DNA of 63,530 nucleotides, counting the filler, from an uncultured Clostridia bacterium (lineage in GTDB: Bacteria; CAYTYR01; UBA6262), in NCBI GenBank assembly GCA_964441745.1. It is 3 parts of 3 records of this genome, joined end to end, with 100 filler letters (N's around TTAATTAATTAA, not from the genome) between each part and the next. Parts side by side here need not be neighbours in the genome. Positions count along the whole stretch, not along the records: positions 1 to 11,463 come from CAYTYR010000010.1; positions 11,564 to 42,567 come from CAYTYR010000020.1; 1 more part is not named here. The stretch is one strand, 5' to 3'. The notes below the pieces were generated by a model. The model saw only the letters and a program-made list of their open reading frames with translations. It did no database searches and was not told where the DNA came from. Position numbers and translations under genes: made by a program. Positions 10,606 to 20,036 of this stretch are shown here, piece by piece. The stretch's first letter is position 1; every line of letters begins with the position of its first letter.

Positions 10606-11066
10606 TTAAAGGTACTCCTATCTAAGGCCGGAGCAATTTCCTGGAGCGGCTTTAAGACAAAACCCCGTTTACTAATTTGGGGGGGAGGGATGATGAGTTT
10701 GCTACTATTCACTTTTCTGCCTTCGTACAGCAATATATCTATATCGATGAGCCGGGGTCCCCAGTGTACAGACTTCACACGTCCCATAGTTTTTTCAATA
10801 ACCTTAACCTGTTTTAATAACTGCAATGGAGTTAAGTTAGTTTTTGCTTCTACGACTGCGTTCAGGAAATCCGGCTGATTTAAATACCCGACTGGTTTTG
10901 TTTTATAGAATGAAGAAACTTTCGTTACTTTCATTTCCCGCCGTAATAACCTGATCGCTTCTCTTATATTCTTTCTCTTATTCCCCAAATTCGTCCCTAT
11001 TCCCAAGTATACTATTCGCTCTGCTGTCCGCTGTCCGCTGTCCGCTGTCCGCTGTTTAGCTACCAT
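10593..11066 (-). CDS. folK: 2-amino-4-hydroxy-6-hydroxymethyldihydropteridine diphosphokinase
   Basis: YLGIGTNLG, QPDFLNAV, WGPRLIDIDIL; N-terminus formed by a heptamer repeat. Confidence 0.94.
   Translation of the reverse strand: MVAKQRTADSGQRTAERIVYLGIGTNLGNKRKNIREAIRLLRREMKVTKVSSFYKTKPVGYLNQPDFLNAVVEAKTNLTPLQLLKQVKVIEKTMGRVKSVHWGPRLIDIDILLYEGRKVNSSKLIIPPPQISKRGFVLKPLQEIAPALDRSTFKWEK
11023..11055. repeat. Tandem heptamer (CTGTCCG) x about 4.5 inside the folK 5' end
   Basis: Directly visible; encodes QRTADSGQRTA. Confidence 0.9.
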
Positions 11067-11463
11067 TTTATCTTTTCGATACGTTTCAGCGCTTCCTGCA
11101 GGCGTTTCTTATCCTGGGTCAGAGCAAATCTGACGTATCCCTCTCCCGACGGTCCAAAGCCAATACCAGGAGTAGCTACAATACCCGCCTGCTCCAAGAG
11201 CACTGAAGAACAGTGCATCGAGGTGTAGCGCGGCGGGACTTCTGCCCAGACATAGAAGCTGGCCTTAGGCTTATCCACTTTCCAGCCCAGCTTTTTTAGT
11301 CCATCCACAAAAATATCACGGCGTTCCTGGAACACCTCCCGCATTTTATCGACGCATTTCTGATCCCCGGTCAAGGCCGCTATTCCGGCAAATTGCACTG
11401 CCTGGAACACGCCTGAATCAACATTTTCTTTTACTTTGGCCAATCCCTGCAATATCTTGGCAT
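11060..11463 (-). CDS. dapL: LL-diaminopimelate aminotransferase-like class I aminotransferase, C-terminal part (cut by gap)
   Basis: K.NVDSGVFQAVQ.AG, PKASFYVW, TPG.GFG.SGEGYVRFAL. Confidence 0.82.
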
Positions 11464-11563
11464 NNNNNNNNNNNNNNNNNNNNNNNNNNNNNNNNNNNNN
11501 NNNNNNNTTAATTAATTAANNNNNNNNNNNNNNNNNNNNNNNNNNNNNNNNNNNNNNNNNNNN
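11464..11563. other. Artificial contig linker (N44-TTAATTAATTAA-N44)
   Basis: 100-nt N block with a core giving stops in all six frames; identical design at 42568. Confidence 0.97.
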
Positions 11564-11625
11564 CGTTTTACCGTCTATATAGTAGATTTATTCATCCACT
11601 CACTTTGGAGATGACCCTTTTTCTT

Positions 11626-12441
11626 TTACCCTTTACGAAAAATCCGTTCGGTAATATTAAACCGTTCAAACAATCCTTCGTTGGTGCTCATTAACCCTTC
11701 AACCTTTCCCAGCACTAAAAATCCTTTAGGATTCAGGCTTTTATAAAAATTGATCAGTAATCTGGTTTGCATTTCCTTGGTCAAGTAGATCATTACATTA
11801 CGGCAGAAGATGATATCTAAATTCTTAAACGGTTCTTCCCGGATGAAATCCTGCTTAATAAACTTTACCAGGGATTTGATTTCATCTTTGATCTGGAACT
11901 TGTTGCCATCCTGGATAAAATACCGGGTCAATATTTCCGGGGGAGCATTTTCCAGGCTGGCGGTACCATAAATCCCAGCCCTTCCTTTATTCAGGCTGAT
12001 ATCATCAAAATCAGAAGCAAAGATGGTAATACTGTAATCATTGATTTTTTCTCCCAGCCGGTCAGCCAGGCATAAAGCAATGGAATATGGTTCTTCCCCG
12101 CTGGAACACCCACAGCTCCAAATACGCAGGATAGTGTTTTGTGTGTTATTCTTTTCGGCCAGCGCCACCGGCAAAACCGTCTTGTCAAAAGCATCATAAA
12201 CCGTAGTATCGCGAAAAAACTGCGTCACATTGATCGTGATATCATCAAAGAGCTTAATATATTCTTCCGGGTGACGGTCCAGGACATTGACATAATCAGT
12301 GAATGTGGTGACCTTCCAGGCCCGCATCCGCACGCCAAATCTTCTTTTTAAATAACTTTCCCGGTACTGCCGGCAGTCAAAACCGCGTTCCCTTAATATT
12401 TTTCGCACTAACAGTTCAAAATCAGGCTCTTCAAATGGCAT
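11626..12441 (-). CDS. cheR: Chemotaxis protein-glutamate O-methyltransferase
   Basis: TINVTQFFRD, RIWSCGCSSGEEPYSIA, DIIFCRNVMIY. Confidence 0.96.
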   Translation of the reverse strand: MPFEEPDFELLVRKILRERGFDCRQYRESYLKRRFGVRMRAWKVTTFTDYVNVLDRHPEEYIKLFDDITINVTQFFRDTTVYDAFDKTVLPVALAEKNNTQNTILRIWSCGCSSGEEPYSIALCLADRLGEKINDYSITIFASDFDDISLNKGRAGIYGTASLENAPPEILTRYFIQDGNKFQIKDEIKSLVKFIKQDFIREEPFKNLDIIFCRNVMIYLTKEMQTRLLINFYKSLNPKGFLVLGKVEGLMSTNEGLFERFNITERIFRKG

Positions 12442-12485
12442 TGTATTTTTATATTCCTAAATTTTAAGTTATTTCCCGCACCAAG

Positions 12486-13022
12486 CTATTCTTTCTTAGC
12501 CAAGGGCTCTTTCTTAGTACTGCCGCCGGGGATTTCTTCGGTCAGAGTTTTACTTATTTTTTCCAGGGTGATCTTCTCCAGGTCAGTTAAGACTTTTTCC
12601 AGGTCAAGCAAGATGATCAACCGCCGGTCCAGCTTGCCCACTCCTTTTAAATATTCTCCTTCGATATTGGTAATGGTTGGTGGCAGCGGCTCGATCGCCT
12701 CATTAGGCAGGCGCAATACTTCGCTCACGCTATCGACTACGAGCCCCACCGTCTGGCTGGACACTTCAGCAACAACAACGCGGGTATTGGCGTCTGCTTC
12801 TTTCTGCACTAAACCAAACCGGTCCCGCAGATCTATGATGGGTATTATTTTGCCGCGCAGGTTAATAACTCCCTCGACAAAAGAAGGCATGCCCGGAATA
12901 CGCGTGATACCTTGGGGACGGATAATTTCCTGCACCTGCCCAATGGCTACGCCATATTCTTCATTGGCTAAGCTGAAAACAACTAATTGGGAAGTCCCTT
13001 CCTGCTTTTTTTCCTGGATCAT
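12486..13022 (-). CDS. cheW: Chemotaxis adaptor CheW
   Basis: QLVVF.L..EEYG, EGVINLRG.IIPIIDL, VGLVVDSVSEV. Confidence 0.96.
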   Translation of the reverse strand: MIQEKKQEGTSQLVVFSLANEEYGVAIGQVQEIIRPQGITRIPGMPSFVEGVINLRGKIIPIIDLRDRFGLVQKEADANTRVVVAEVSSQTVGLVVDSVSEVLRLPNEAIEPLPPTITNIEGEYLKGVGKLDRRLIILLDLEKVLTDLEKITLEKISKTLTEEIPGGSTKKEPLAKKE

Positions 13023-13057
13023 GCTGCTGCATCCTCCTTCAACCTGCCCCTGAAACT

Positions 13058-13110
13058 AAAAAAACCTAATAACCTTTTACCCTGATTAGCAGCGGGGAAA
13101 AAGGCTTAGG
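13058..13110 (-). terminator. Intrinsic terminator-like hairpin in the cheW 5' leader
   Basis: Minus strand CCTAA-GCCTTTT...AAAAGGT-TATTAGG followed by T7, about 35 nt before the cheW ATG. Confidence 0.6.
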
Positions 13111-13196
13111 CTGGCATGATTTTTCCGGTTGCGTGCTGTGAACATTAATTAATAGCTCCGCCTAAAGAAGATTTCTTTCATCCCTCTATTAGAGAG

Positions 13197-13226
13197 ATTT
13201 TATTACATTAATCGGTCTTTTGTCAA
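13197..13226 (-). promoter_or_regulatory. Sigma70-type promoter TTGACA-N18-TAAAAT for cheW-cheR
   Basis: Perfect -35 and 5/6 -10 match. Confidence 0.55.
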
Positions 13227-13272
13227 GCTTAATAGCGCCGGGATACCAACTTCTTTTCGTTCGTCTTTGTTT

Positions 13273-14826
13273 TTATTTTTTCTGCGGTTCCAGTTTTTCC
13301 TTGTTTTGCGCGGAAAATTCTTCAATTTTCCCGCTGGAAACAATGCGCGGGGTGACAAAGATCATCAAATCTACCTTGTCCACACTATCATTATTTTTCC
13401 GGAAGAGTTGTCCCAAAATGGGGATACTGCCCAAAATGGGGATTTTATACACAGTACGGGTCTTTTTATTCGAGGTCAGGCCGCCAATAACGATCGTTTT
13501 ACCGTCGCGAACGTTCACTTTAGTAGTAGCCTTGCGCGTGGCCCGGATCGGGATGCCCACCCGTTCACCGGTCTGGAAACTCACTTCCGGTTCCAGCTCC
13601 AAGTTCACAATATTGCCTTCCTTAATGTGCGGAGTCACGGACATTATAATACCCACGTCAATAAATTCTGTGGCGTATTGCGGATTACCTTGGGCGTCAT
13701 AACCGGAAAACTGGTTATAAGGAAATTTCTCAGTTATCTCGATCTTGGCTTTTTCATTATTTACTACCGTGATCATTGGGCTCGATAAAACCTCTGCTTT
13801 ACTGGTAGTGACCAGGGCATTGATCATACCCCGGAATTTATCCGTCACTTCACCATACACCAGGCTGGCGCCTAGGGACTGCGTCGCAAAACCAAGATTA
13901 GCCGTATTTGTCGGCAGAGTATTGTATTGGGTATTGAGCGTCGCCATCTGGCCATGACTGCCTGGCTGGTAGATCCACTGAGCGCCGATCTCGTTGAGCA
14001 CCCCTGAATTTACTTCTATTACTTCAGCGCTGATAATAACCTGGGGCGTTTCCCGGTCCAGGTTAAGGATCAGATTGCTGATATCATCCAGGACCCCGGG
14101 CTGGTCTTTAATGATCAAGGCGTTAAGCCCTTCCTCCACATCAATAGTCCCGCTGGTAGAAATAGATTTAGCCACTGCCTCCTTGATCTTGCTGGCGCTG
14201 GCGAACTGCAGCCTGAACACTTTCGTGTATGCTTCCCCATTGCCGCCACCTCTTCTTTCCCCGCTGGCCGCTGACTTAATATCCAAAGCATCAATAACAT
14301 CTAAAATATTGTTAAAATTCTGATAAACATCAGTAATGATCAAGACCTTATTTTCCCGGTCGACACTGATCAGTCCTTGCGGTCCTAAAACATTGACCAG
14401 GGTATTTTTGATCACCAGCGGATCGACATTCTTGATGGTAAAAATACGCGTATCCAGTTTGGCCGCATCGATAGCTTTGACTTCAATAATGTTTTTGGCC
14501 GGGAAAACCTGGTAATTGAACCCATTGTTGACCAAGACGGAATTAAGCACTTCTTCCAGGGGAACATCCTTAAAATAAAAATTGATCTTTTTGCCCCGGA
14601 CTTTATGTACCAGATAAAAATTAATGTTGTTCTGCTGGGAGAGGAGGCGCAGCGAGTCATCCAGGTCAGCATTTTTGAAGTCAATGGAAATCTTTTTCTG
14701 CTTCATTAACTCCCAGAAATTCGGTTCGTTAGAAACCGGCGGTGACTCAGCGGCCAAAGCTATTCCAATGTTGCCAATGGCGCAGTAAAGCAGGATGCCT
14801 ATCAGTATTTTTGCTATTCTTTTCAT
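13273..14826 (-). CDS. pilQ: Type IV pilus / T2SS secretin (PilQ/GspD family)
   Basis: Signal peptide, ISIDFKNAD N0 domain, N3 repeats, QVIISAEVIEV, V.DGKTIVIGGL, KIP.LG.IP.LG.LF, LMIFVTPRI. Confidence 0.9.
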   Translation of the reverse strand: MKRIAKILIGILLYCAIGNIGIALAAESPPVSNEPNFWELMKQKKISIDFKNADLDDSLRLLSQQNNINFYLVHKVRGKKINFYFKDVPLEEVLNSVLVNNGFNYQVFPAKNIIEVKAIDAAKLDTRIFTIKNVDPLVIKNTLVNVLGPQGLISVDRENKVLIITDVYQNFNNILDVIDALDIKSAASGERRGGGNGEAYTKVFRLQFASASKIKEAVAKSISTSGTIDVEEGLNALIIKDQPGVLDDISNLILNLDRETPQVIISAEVIEVNSGVLNEIGAQWIYQPGSHGQMATLNTQYNTLPTNTANLGFATQSLGASLVYGEVTDKFRGMINALVTTSKAEVLSSPMITVVNNEKAKIEITEKFPYNQFSGYDAQGNPQYATEFIDVGIIMSVTPHIKEGNIVNLELEPEVSFQTGERVGIPIRATRKATTKVNVRDGKTIVIGGLTSNKKTRTVYKIPILGSIPILGQLFRKNNDSVDKVDLMIFVTPRIVSSGKIEEFSAQNKEKLEPQKK

Positions 14827-14852
14827 TGAGCTATACCCCCCTGTGGTAAGAC

Positions 14853-15010
14853 AAATCCGAATATCTAATTTCTAAATCCTAAACAATAATCAAGCGCTAA
14901 ATTCCAATTTTAAACTATCTATATCTGAGCTTTTAAAATTCTAAACACTTTGGTTTTGAACATTAAACATTTGAAATTGTCTATGATTTCAGGCTTAGGA
15001 TTTAGAATTT
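14853..15010. repeat. Empty heptamer-array inverted repeat (AAATYCT family)
   Basis: aaatccg-aatatct-aatttct-aaatcct-aaac ... ttaggatttagaattt, between pilP-like gene and pilQ. Confidence 0.75.
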
Positions 15011-15018
15011 GCTCCTCT

Positions 15019-15540
15019 TCATCCTCCCCTTACCCGCAGCGTTATAGTTTTGTCCTGTCCCTGCAAGATCACCCGGTTCTTTAAGATCGTGAGCACTTTA
15101 TATATTTTTTTCCCTTGTACCGGCAGCAAATCACCTTCACGCACTACCTGCCCGTTAATAATAGCCACGGCTTTGTTCTTGCTCCAGGCAATGCCCGAAA
15201 GGACAAGCGCTGGCTCTTCGTTTACCAGAGGCTTGGTCACTGTGACAGCGGTCCCTGGCTTTTGTTCCTCCCCGGCGCTATCCCCAATAAAAGGGTCCCG
15301 GCCCCAGGATTGGCCAGCCGCATCAGTTTTTTCCTGCGACAAAGGTTGTTCCTCCCTGCCAGGGACATTCTTTTCTGCTGGTGGAACCGCTGCAACTATT
15401 GCTATATCTGAATCAACTGGCTGGTCATCCGGAACCGGGGCCGGCGGGGAAAGAACCGCGGATTTATAAACAATGATACTGATTACCCCTAATCCCAACA
15501 GCAGGAATATTTTTTTCTTATCAGGAGGAGCTGCAGCCAT
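15019..15540 (-). CDS. Pilus assembly protein, PilP/GspB-like (alternative start 15552)
   Basis: TM helix, GRDPF motif, L.GI.W...AIING.VV.EGD beta domain; lies between pilO and the secretin. Confidence 0.65.
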   Translation of the reverse strand: MAAAPPDKKKIFLLLGLGVISIIVYKSAVLSPPAPVPDDQPVDSDIAIVAAVPPAEKNVPGREEQPLSQEKTDAAGQSWGRDPFIGDSAGEEQKPGTAVTVTKPLVNEEPALVLSGIAWSKNKAVAIINGQVVREGDLLPVQGKKIYKVLTILKNRVILQGQDKTITLRVRGG

Positions 15541-15541
15541 A

Positions 15542-16105
15542 CTATCCCTCATTATTTAATACATAGGTATAAACATTTATCGTTACATCTACATTAGGTA
15601 AAATGTCTTTGTTACGGAAGATTTTGATGCTTTCTACTTTAACCAAACGGGGCATTTCCCGCAAATTCGCCAGATACTCTCCCAAATTGCGGTACCGGCA
15701 GCGCAAGGTGATCTCGATCGGCAAACGATTATACATTAAATTTCCCTGCTGGTCGCCTGCTTCCAGCGGTTTAGTATTGATAGAAACATAATTAATATTA
15801 GCCTTATTAGCGACCTGCGCCAGGGCATTAAGTAATACGGGTATTTGTTTGGAGTCAGGCAGCTTGGTCTTGAAAATTTGCCATAATTCCTCCATTTTAT
15901 CTGCTTCTTCACGAATCGCATTCAAATTCCTCAAAAATTCATAAGCTTGCTGGATTTCATCATTAATCTTTAACACTTCAATCTTTTTTTGTGTTATTTT
16001 AAGCCTGGTTGGCTGGATCAATAGATATTGGAAAGCCAGGGCTATCATTGCAAAAAGCCCAAAATATTTTAGTACCATTTTTTCTTTAGTACCTAACTTT
16101 TTCAC
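15542..16105 (-). CDS. pilO: Type IV pilus assembly protein PilO
   Basis: TM plus coiled coil, LP..KQIP.LL, Y.RLPIEI...YRNLG.YL..L..MPRLV. Confidence 0.88.
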   Translation of the reverse strand: MKKLGTKEKMVLKYFGLFAMIALAFQYLLIQPTRLKITQKKIEVLKINDEIQQAYEFLRNLNAIREEADKMEELWQIFKTKLPDSKQIPVLLNALAQVANKANINYVSINTKPLEAGDQQGNLMYNRLPIEITLRCRYRNLGEYLANLREMPRLVKVESIKIFRNKDILPNVDVTINVYTYVLNNEG

Positions 16106-16155
16106 TATACTTTCCCTCTCAGTAAGATATCCTGCAGGTTATAAGCCGCCGGAAT

Positions 16156-17916
16156 TTAATCTTCTCCACCCTGGAAATTCCTCAATTTGCATTGTATTTC
16201 AAAACTAACATAATTTTTTATTTCCCCTTCTCCTTCCAGCCCTTTCGTTAAGGAATAAAGGTCAGTTTCCATAAAATAACTTGATTTTTCCAAAGCCTGC
16301 ATAAATTGTGCCAGGATGGCTTCTGGGCGCTCTCCTCCCAACAGTACCATCCCTTTAATATAAAGCACCGGTAATGGTAATATAACTGGTTCAGCGGCAG
16401 TAGTACCATCTTCGCCTGGCTGCGCTGGAACAGGAGCAACGGCATTGTCCGCTTCTTTTTCAAACTTAACTTCTTCCAGGATGATCCGCCGCGGGGTAAG
16501 ATTGCTCAACGCTTTTAGCATCTCAACCCATTTTGGATTTCCCATCATGAGCAGGTTTATTAAATTGCGGCGGGTACTCATTTTTTCTTTAAGCTGCCGC
16601 AACTCATAAGCTTTGGCTACTTGTTGTTTCAATTCAGTTAAGGTTACTTTATTGCCGGCAATGATTTTATTGTACGCCTGCAGAGTCGTATACAAGGAAA
16701 AATAGATCATGCTAAAAATAAAAATAATTAAAAAGCCAATTATTGCCGTCATGGCGCTGCGGGCTGTTTTAGTAGCCTGTTCCTTTAATTCCTGCGGTAA
16801 AAGATTGATCCCTTTAGTACCTTGCAGGCTGGCTCCCATGGCAATCGCCAAGCGCGGTCCAAGCTGGTCCAGTTCTTTTTTGCGGTCTTCCGGCATATCC
16901 ATTTCGAGCTTATTAAGGGGCCGGCAAATTTCTACGGTTAAGCCTAAAGCGCTATTTAAAAATTCCGGCAACCCTTTTAGTTCCGCGTTGCCTCCCAGCA
17001 GCACCACCTTACTTACCCGCTTGCCTCTTGATTCTTCGCGATAATAATCCAGTGACCGCCTGATCTCATTAGCCATGCGTTCCAGCGTCGGCCGCATCAG
17101 GGGAGAGATCTGCAGGCCGCTGAGTTCCGGGGTTATCTGCTGGGGATTTTTTTCATCCGGGATACCCCAGTCCTTTTTCAAGATCTCAGCCTGGTTGATA
17201 TCCAGCTCTACCTGCCCAGAATCTGAAATTAAAGTCCCCACCATCGCCCTGGTTATATTATTGCCGCCAAGGGGAATTTCCCGGTTAAAAACCAGGTGTT
17301 CCCCGCTAAAAATATTAATGGTAGTGGTTTCAGCCCCGGAGCTCACCGCGGCAATAGCTTCTTCTTCGTTAAGATAATCATTTTTGCGCAAAACATTCGC
17401 TAAGGCAAAAGGGGTAACAGTGATTGAGGCTGGCCTGATCTGGACATTCTGCAGCATAGATAAATGCTGGTCAATCACAAACTTCTCAACCGCCACTACC
17501 AGCAGCTCTATTTTTTTGGCATTTTTATCAATCACTTCACCGATAATATGGTAATCAAGAGCGGCGTTTTCTATCGGGAAGGGTATATGTTCTTTCGCTT
17601 CCCATTTGATCGCTTCCAGCAGTTCCTCTTTGGGCATATGGGGAATGAGAACTTTTCTCACCGATACCCGTTGGCCGGAAACTACTGTGATAATTTTCAT
17701 TTTCTTGAAGTTAATGCCTTCCAGGCATTTTTTTAAACCTTCAAGCACTACTTCTAAGGGAACGTTTTCCTTTTTTTCAGTGCTTAAAGGAAATTCTTCA
17801 ATGCGGAAGTCCACAATCGCCACGCCGCTAACGCTTTCCTTCAGCACCACTATTTTAACAGAAGTGGTCCCGATATCCAAGCCTAGTAACGGTTGTATAT
17901 TACGAATAAGTTTCAT
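16156..17916 (-). CDS. pilM: Fused PilM-PilN type IV pilus assembly protein
   Basis: Actin-like GLDIG...VK and LGG motifs, followed by the PilN signature INLLP, a TM helix and a PilN-like periplasmic domain. Confidence 0.88.
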   Translation of the reverse strand: MKLIRNIQPLLGLDIGTTSVKIVVLKESVSGVAIVDFRIEEFPLSTEKKENVPLEVVLEGLKKCLEGINFKKMKIITVVSGQRVSVRKVLIPHMPKEELLEAIKWEAKEHIPFPIENAALDYHIIGEVIDKNAKKIELLVVAVEKFVIDQHLSMLQNVQIRPASITVTPFALANVLRKNDYLNEEEAIAAVSSGAETTTINIFSGEHLVFNREIPLGGNNITRAMVGTLISDSGQVELDINQAEILKKDWGIPDEKNPQQITPELSGLQISPLMRPTLERMANEIRRSLDYYREESRGKRVSKVVLLGGNAELKGLPEFLNSALGLTVEICRPLNKLEMDMPEDRKKELDQLGPRLAIAMGASLQGTKGINLLPQELKEQATKTARSAMTAIIGFLIIFIFSMIYFSLYTTLQAYNKIIAGNKVTLTELKQQVAKAYELRQLKEKMSTRRNLINLLMMGNPKWVEMLKALSNLTPRRIILEEVKFEKEADNAVAPVPAQPGEDGTTAAEPVILPLPVLYIKGMVLLGGERPEAILAQFMQALEKSSYFMETDLYSLTKGLEGEGEIKNYVSFEIQCKLRNFQGGED

Positions 17917-17925
17917 GCCTAATCC

Positions 17926-18909
17926 TTAGAAAAAATTTCGTGCTGGAGATGGATCATAATAATTATCACTGCTAATCTCGTCCCAGATCGCCGTCATATT
18001 CGTAGTGGATAAAGTGCTCGGTAAGATTTTAGTTATAGTAGCCGGGAAAACAGTGCGGCTGTTTGAAAGCACACAACTGCGAATATATTTTTCTGTGTAG
18101 CTTGAGCCGCTCGTACTGTTAATTCGGCAGCGGCTTTTAATACGGATCCAGGGAATCTCTATTTCATCTATATCTACCCGGTTACCGTTCCAACTGGTAA
18201 TATCCCAGCGGACATAATTAACGTTACTGACCGGGGCGGGAAAGATATCATACCACTGGTTTATACCTGAGTCGACATTCCTGGTAAACCGCACTGCGTA
18301 GGTAATACCATCAGTAGAGGTAGACCAGGTATAGTTTGTCGGCCGACCGACCGGCGGATTGCCCTGACGACGAACCCGAATTTCATTGATCGTATAATTT
18401 GATCCAGCCGGGAACTGGATCGTTAGCTGTACTAAAGGTCCTGGATTATTAACTGTGCGCCAGTTTGAATTCATTGCCCCATCGACCGCGTCAGCCGGAA
18501 TATTCGCTCCTTGCCACGGGACATTAGAAGTAACCGCGACAATACCAAATGGCGCTGCTTTAGTACTGTCTGCTAAATTCCAGTTATCCAGAATAAATTC
18601 ATAACTAACCGCGGAATTAGTAGCCAAATTTTCAGTTATCGGGCCATAATTACTTAAAGCCCCATTATTAGGCTGTAAGGTATTCCAAATCCCGGCCCAG
18701 TCGTTTTGCAGATATTGCACCGCCCTAGCCTGGGCAGCTTCGGCAGCGTAAAATGCCTGCATCTCCCTTTGCTTAACCGCTACACTGACGGTACTCTGTG
18801 AATTAATTGCCAAATAAGCAAGCACTATGCCGGAAACCAGCATAACAAAAAAAAATACAAAGATAAAGGCAAAACCGGATTCATTAAGTTTTACTGTATA
18901 TTTTCCCAT
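17926..18909 (-). CDS. PilX-like minor pilin with discoidin (F5/8 type C)-like domain
   Basis: NESG/FAFI prepilin leader, QAFYAAEA PilX motif, AVDG...W...L.I.F...V.IDEIEI. Confidence 0.7.
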   Translation of the reverse strand: MGKYTVKLNESGFAFIFVFFFVMLVSGIVLAYLAINSQSTVSVAVKQREMQAFYAAEAAQARAVQYLQNDWAGIWNTLQPNNGALSNYGPITENLATNSAVSYEFILDNWNLADSTKAAPFGIVAVTSNVPWQGANIPADAVDGAMNSNWRTVNNPGPLVQLTIQFPAGSNYTINEIRVRRQGNPPVGRPTNYTWSTSTDGITYAVRFTRNVDSGINQWYDIFPAPVSNVNYVRWDITSWNGNRVDIDEIEIPWIRIKSRCRINSTSGSSYTEKYIRSCVLSNSRTVFPATITKILPSTLSTTNMTAIWDEISSDNYYDPSPARNFF

Positions 18910-19017
18910 GTTTTTAATCTGTGCCTGTCCCCCTGATAGTTATGCTTCAGCAGAACTAGGGGGGATAATCTTTCCTTAAAATCTGTGTAATCAAGTATAG
19001 AATTATTAAATTCTATA

Positions 19018-19536
19018 CTACAAATTACGCGGGTGGATCTCAAACCGTAATTCGAAATTCTGGCTATTCTTGGTAGCATTTAAGTTAATTGCTATTTGAT
19101 TCCCGATTCTTGAAAAAGAAGTAAGCGGAGGAGGGTTCAGATTGTGCGCGATTGTCTTGCCACTGCCAAAGATATTAACCTCTGTATAACGCAATTCATA
19201 AGAGGTATAGGGATACGTTGTCGGCCAGACCATATCGCTGGAATTATAGAGATAAAAAGTACAATTCTCAGCTAGGGGAGTTATGATATCAGTATTAGCC
19301 GTAAAACTCATTCTACCTTGGTTAGTAATAGTAAAGGTGCTGGCTTTGGCGAGATAATTGCTTATTATATCCCTGGCGATTGATGTTTCGATCATCAGAT
19401 CAAAATCATCCTTCCCGGTATTAAAAATCTTGATGACCGGCGGATAAAAAGTCACGGTTATCGCTAGTAAAACCGCCAAGAGCGCCATGGCTACTAATAA
19501 CTCTACAAGAGTGACTCCCTTTTCCTGGGGTATAAT
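19018..19536 (-). CDS. Minor pilin (prepilin N-terminal cleavage/methylation domain), probable ATT/ATA start
   Basis: Upstream of the tracked ATG the frame reads IIPQEKG/VTLVELLVAMAL; in-frame TAA directly upstream; AGAGGT RBS. Confidence 0.8.
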   Translation of the reverse strand: MIPQEKGVTLVELLVAMALLAVLLAITVTFYPPVIKIFNTGKDDFDLMIETSIARDIISNYLAKASTFTITNQGRMSFTANTDIITPLAENCTFYLYNSSDMVWPTTYPYTSYELRYTEVNIFGSGKTIAHNLNPPPLTSFSRIGNQIAINLNATKNSQNFELRFEIHPRNL

Positions 19537-19558
19537 CTTTTACCTCTTTTCCTGGTTT

Positions 19559-19936
19559 CTAATAATTTGCTACATATGTTTCCAGGTTTATGGAATTAGT
19601 GATGCCTTTGGACGCATTGTAAGAAACACGCACCACTACGTCTTTTATTTGTCCTGGCAGGCCTCCGATAGATGTGACAAAAATCTGGTATGAATAATCC
19701 AGGTAAGGGGCTGCATATGCTGTAACTGGCACAGCGATAACTCCGGCATACGGCAAATTTTTTATACTTTCCATCTGTCCCTTGGCCAAACCAAGAGCAA
19801 TAGTATTCATTTTAGCCAGTTTACTATGAGACTGCCCTTCACCCATAATAATAACAACTTCCGCCAGGCCAACAGCTAAAAGAGCAAAAGCAAAAATTAT
19901 TTCTATAATAGTGAAGCCTTGGTTATTTATTCGCAT
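19559..19936 (-). CDS. Minor pilin (PilV-like)
   Basis: NNQG/FTIIEII class III signal peptide; A..LA..QME. Confidence 0.85.
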   Translation of the reverse strand: MRINNQGFTIIEIIFAFALLAVGLAEVVIIMGEGQSHSKLAKMNTIALGLAKGQMESIKNLPYAGVIAVPVTAYAAPYLDYSYQIFVTSIGGLPGQIKDVVVRVSYNASKGITNSINLETYVANY

Positions 19937-19957
19937 TTTTACCTGTCAATAGGCATA

Positions 19958-20003
19958 AAGGTGGCTACCTGAGGTTTTTGTTAAAAACTTAAGTAGCCAC
20001 CTT
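19958..20003 (-). terminator. Strong hairpin 3' of the major pilin gene (terminator or mRNA stabiliser)
   Basis: AAGGTGGCTAC...GTAGCCACCTT 11-bp perfect outer stem; weak U-tract. Confidence 0.6.
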
Positions 20004-20036
20004 ATACACCTAACTAAATGATTCCTGTATTTAATA

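Noticed and set aside
11464-11563. TTAATTAATTAA palindrome within Ns (also 42568-42667)
   Set aside because: Artificial contig linker; gene adjacency across it, and the ORF 42612-42827 running into it, are meaningless
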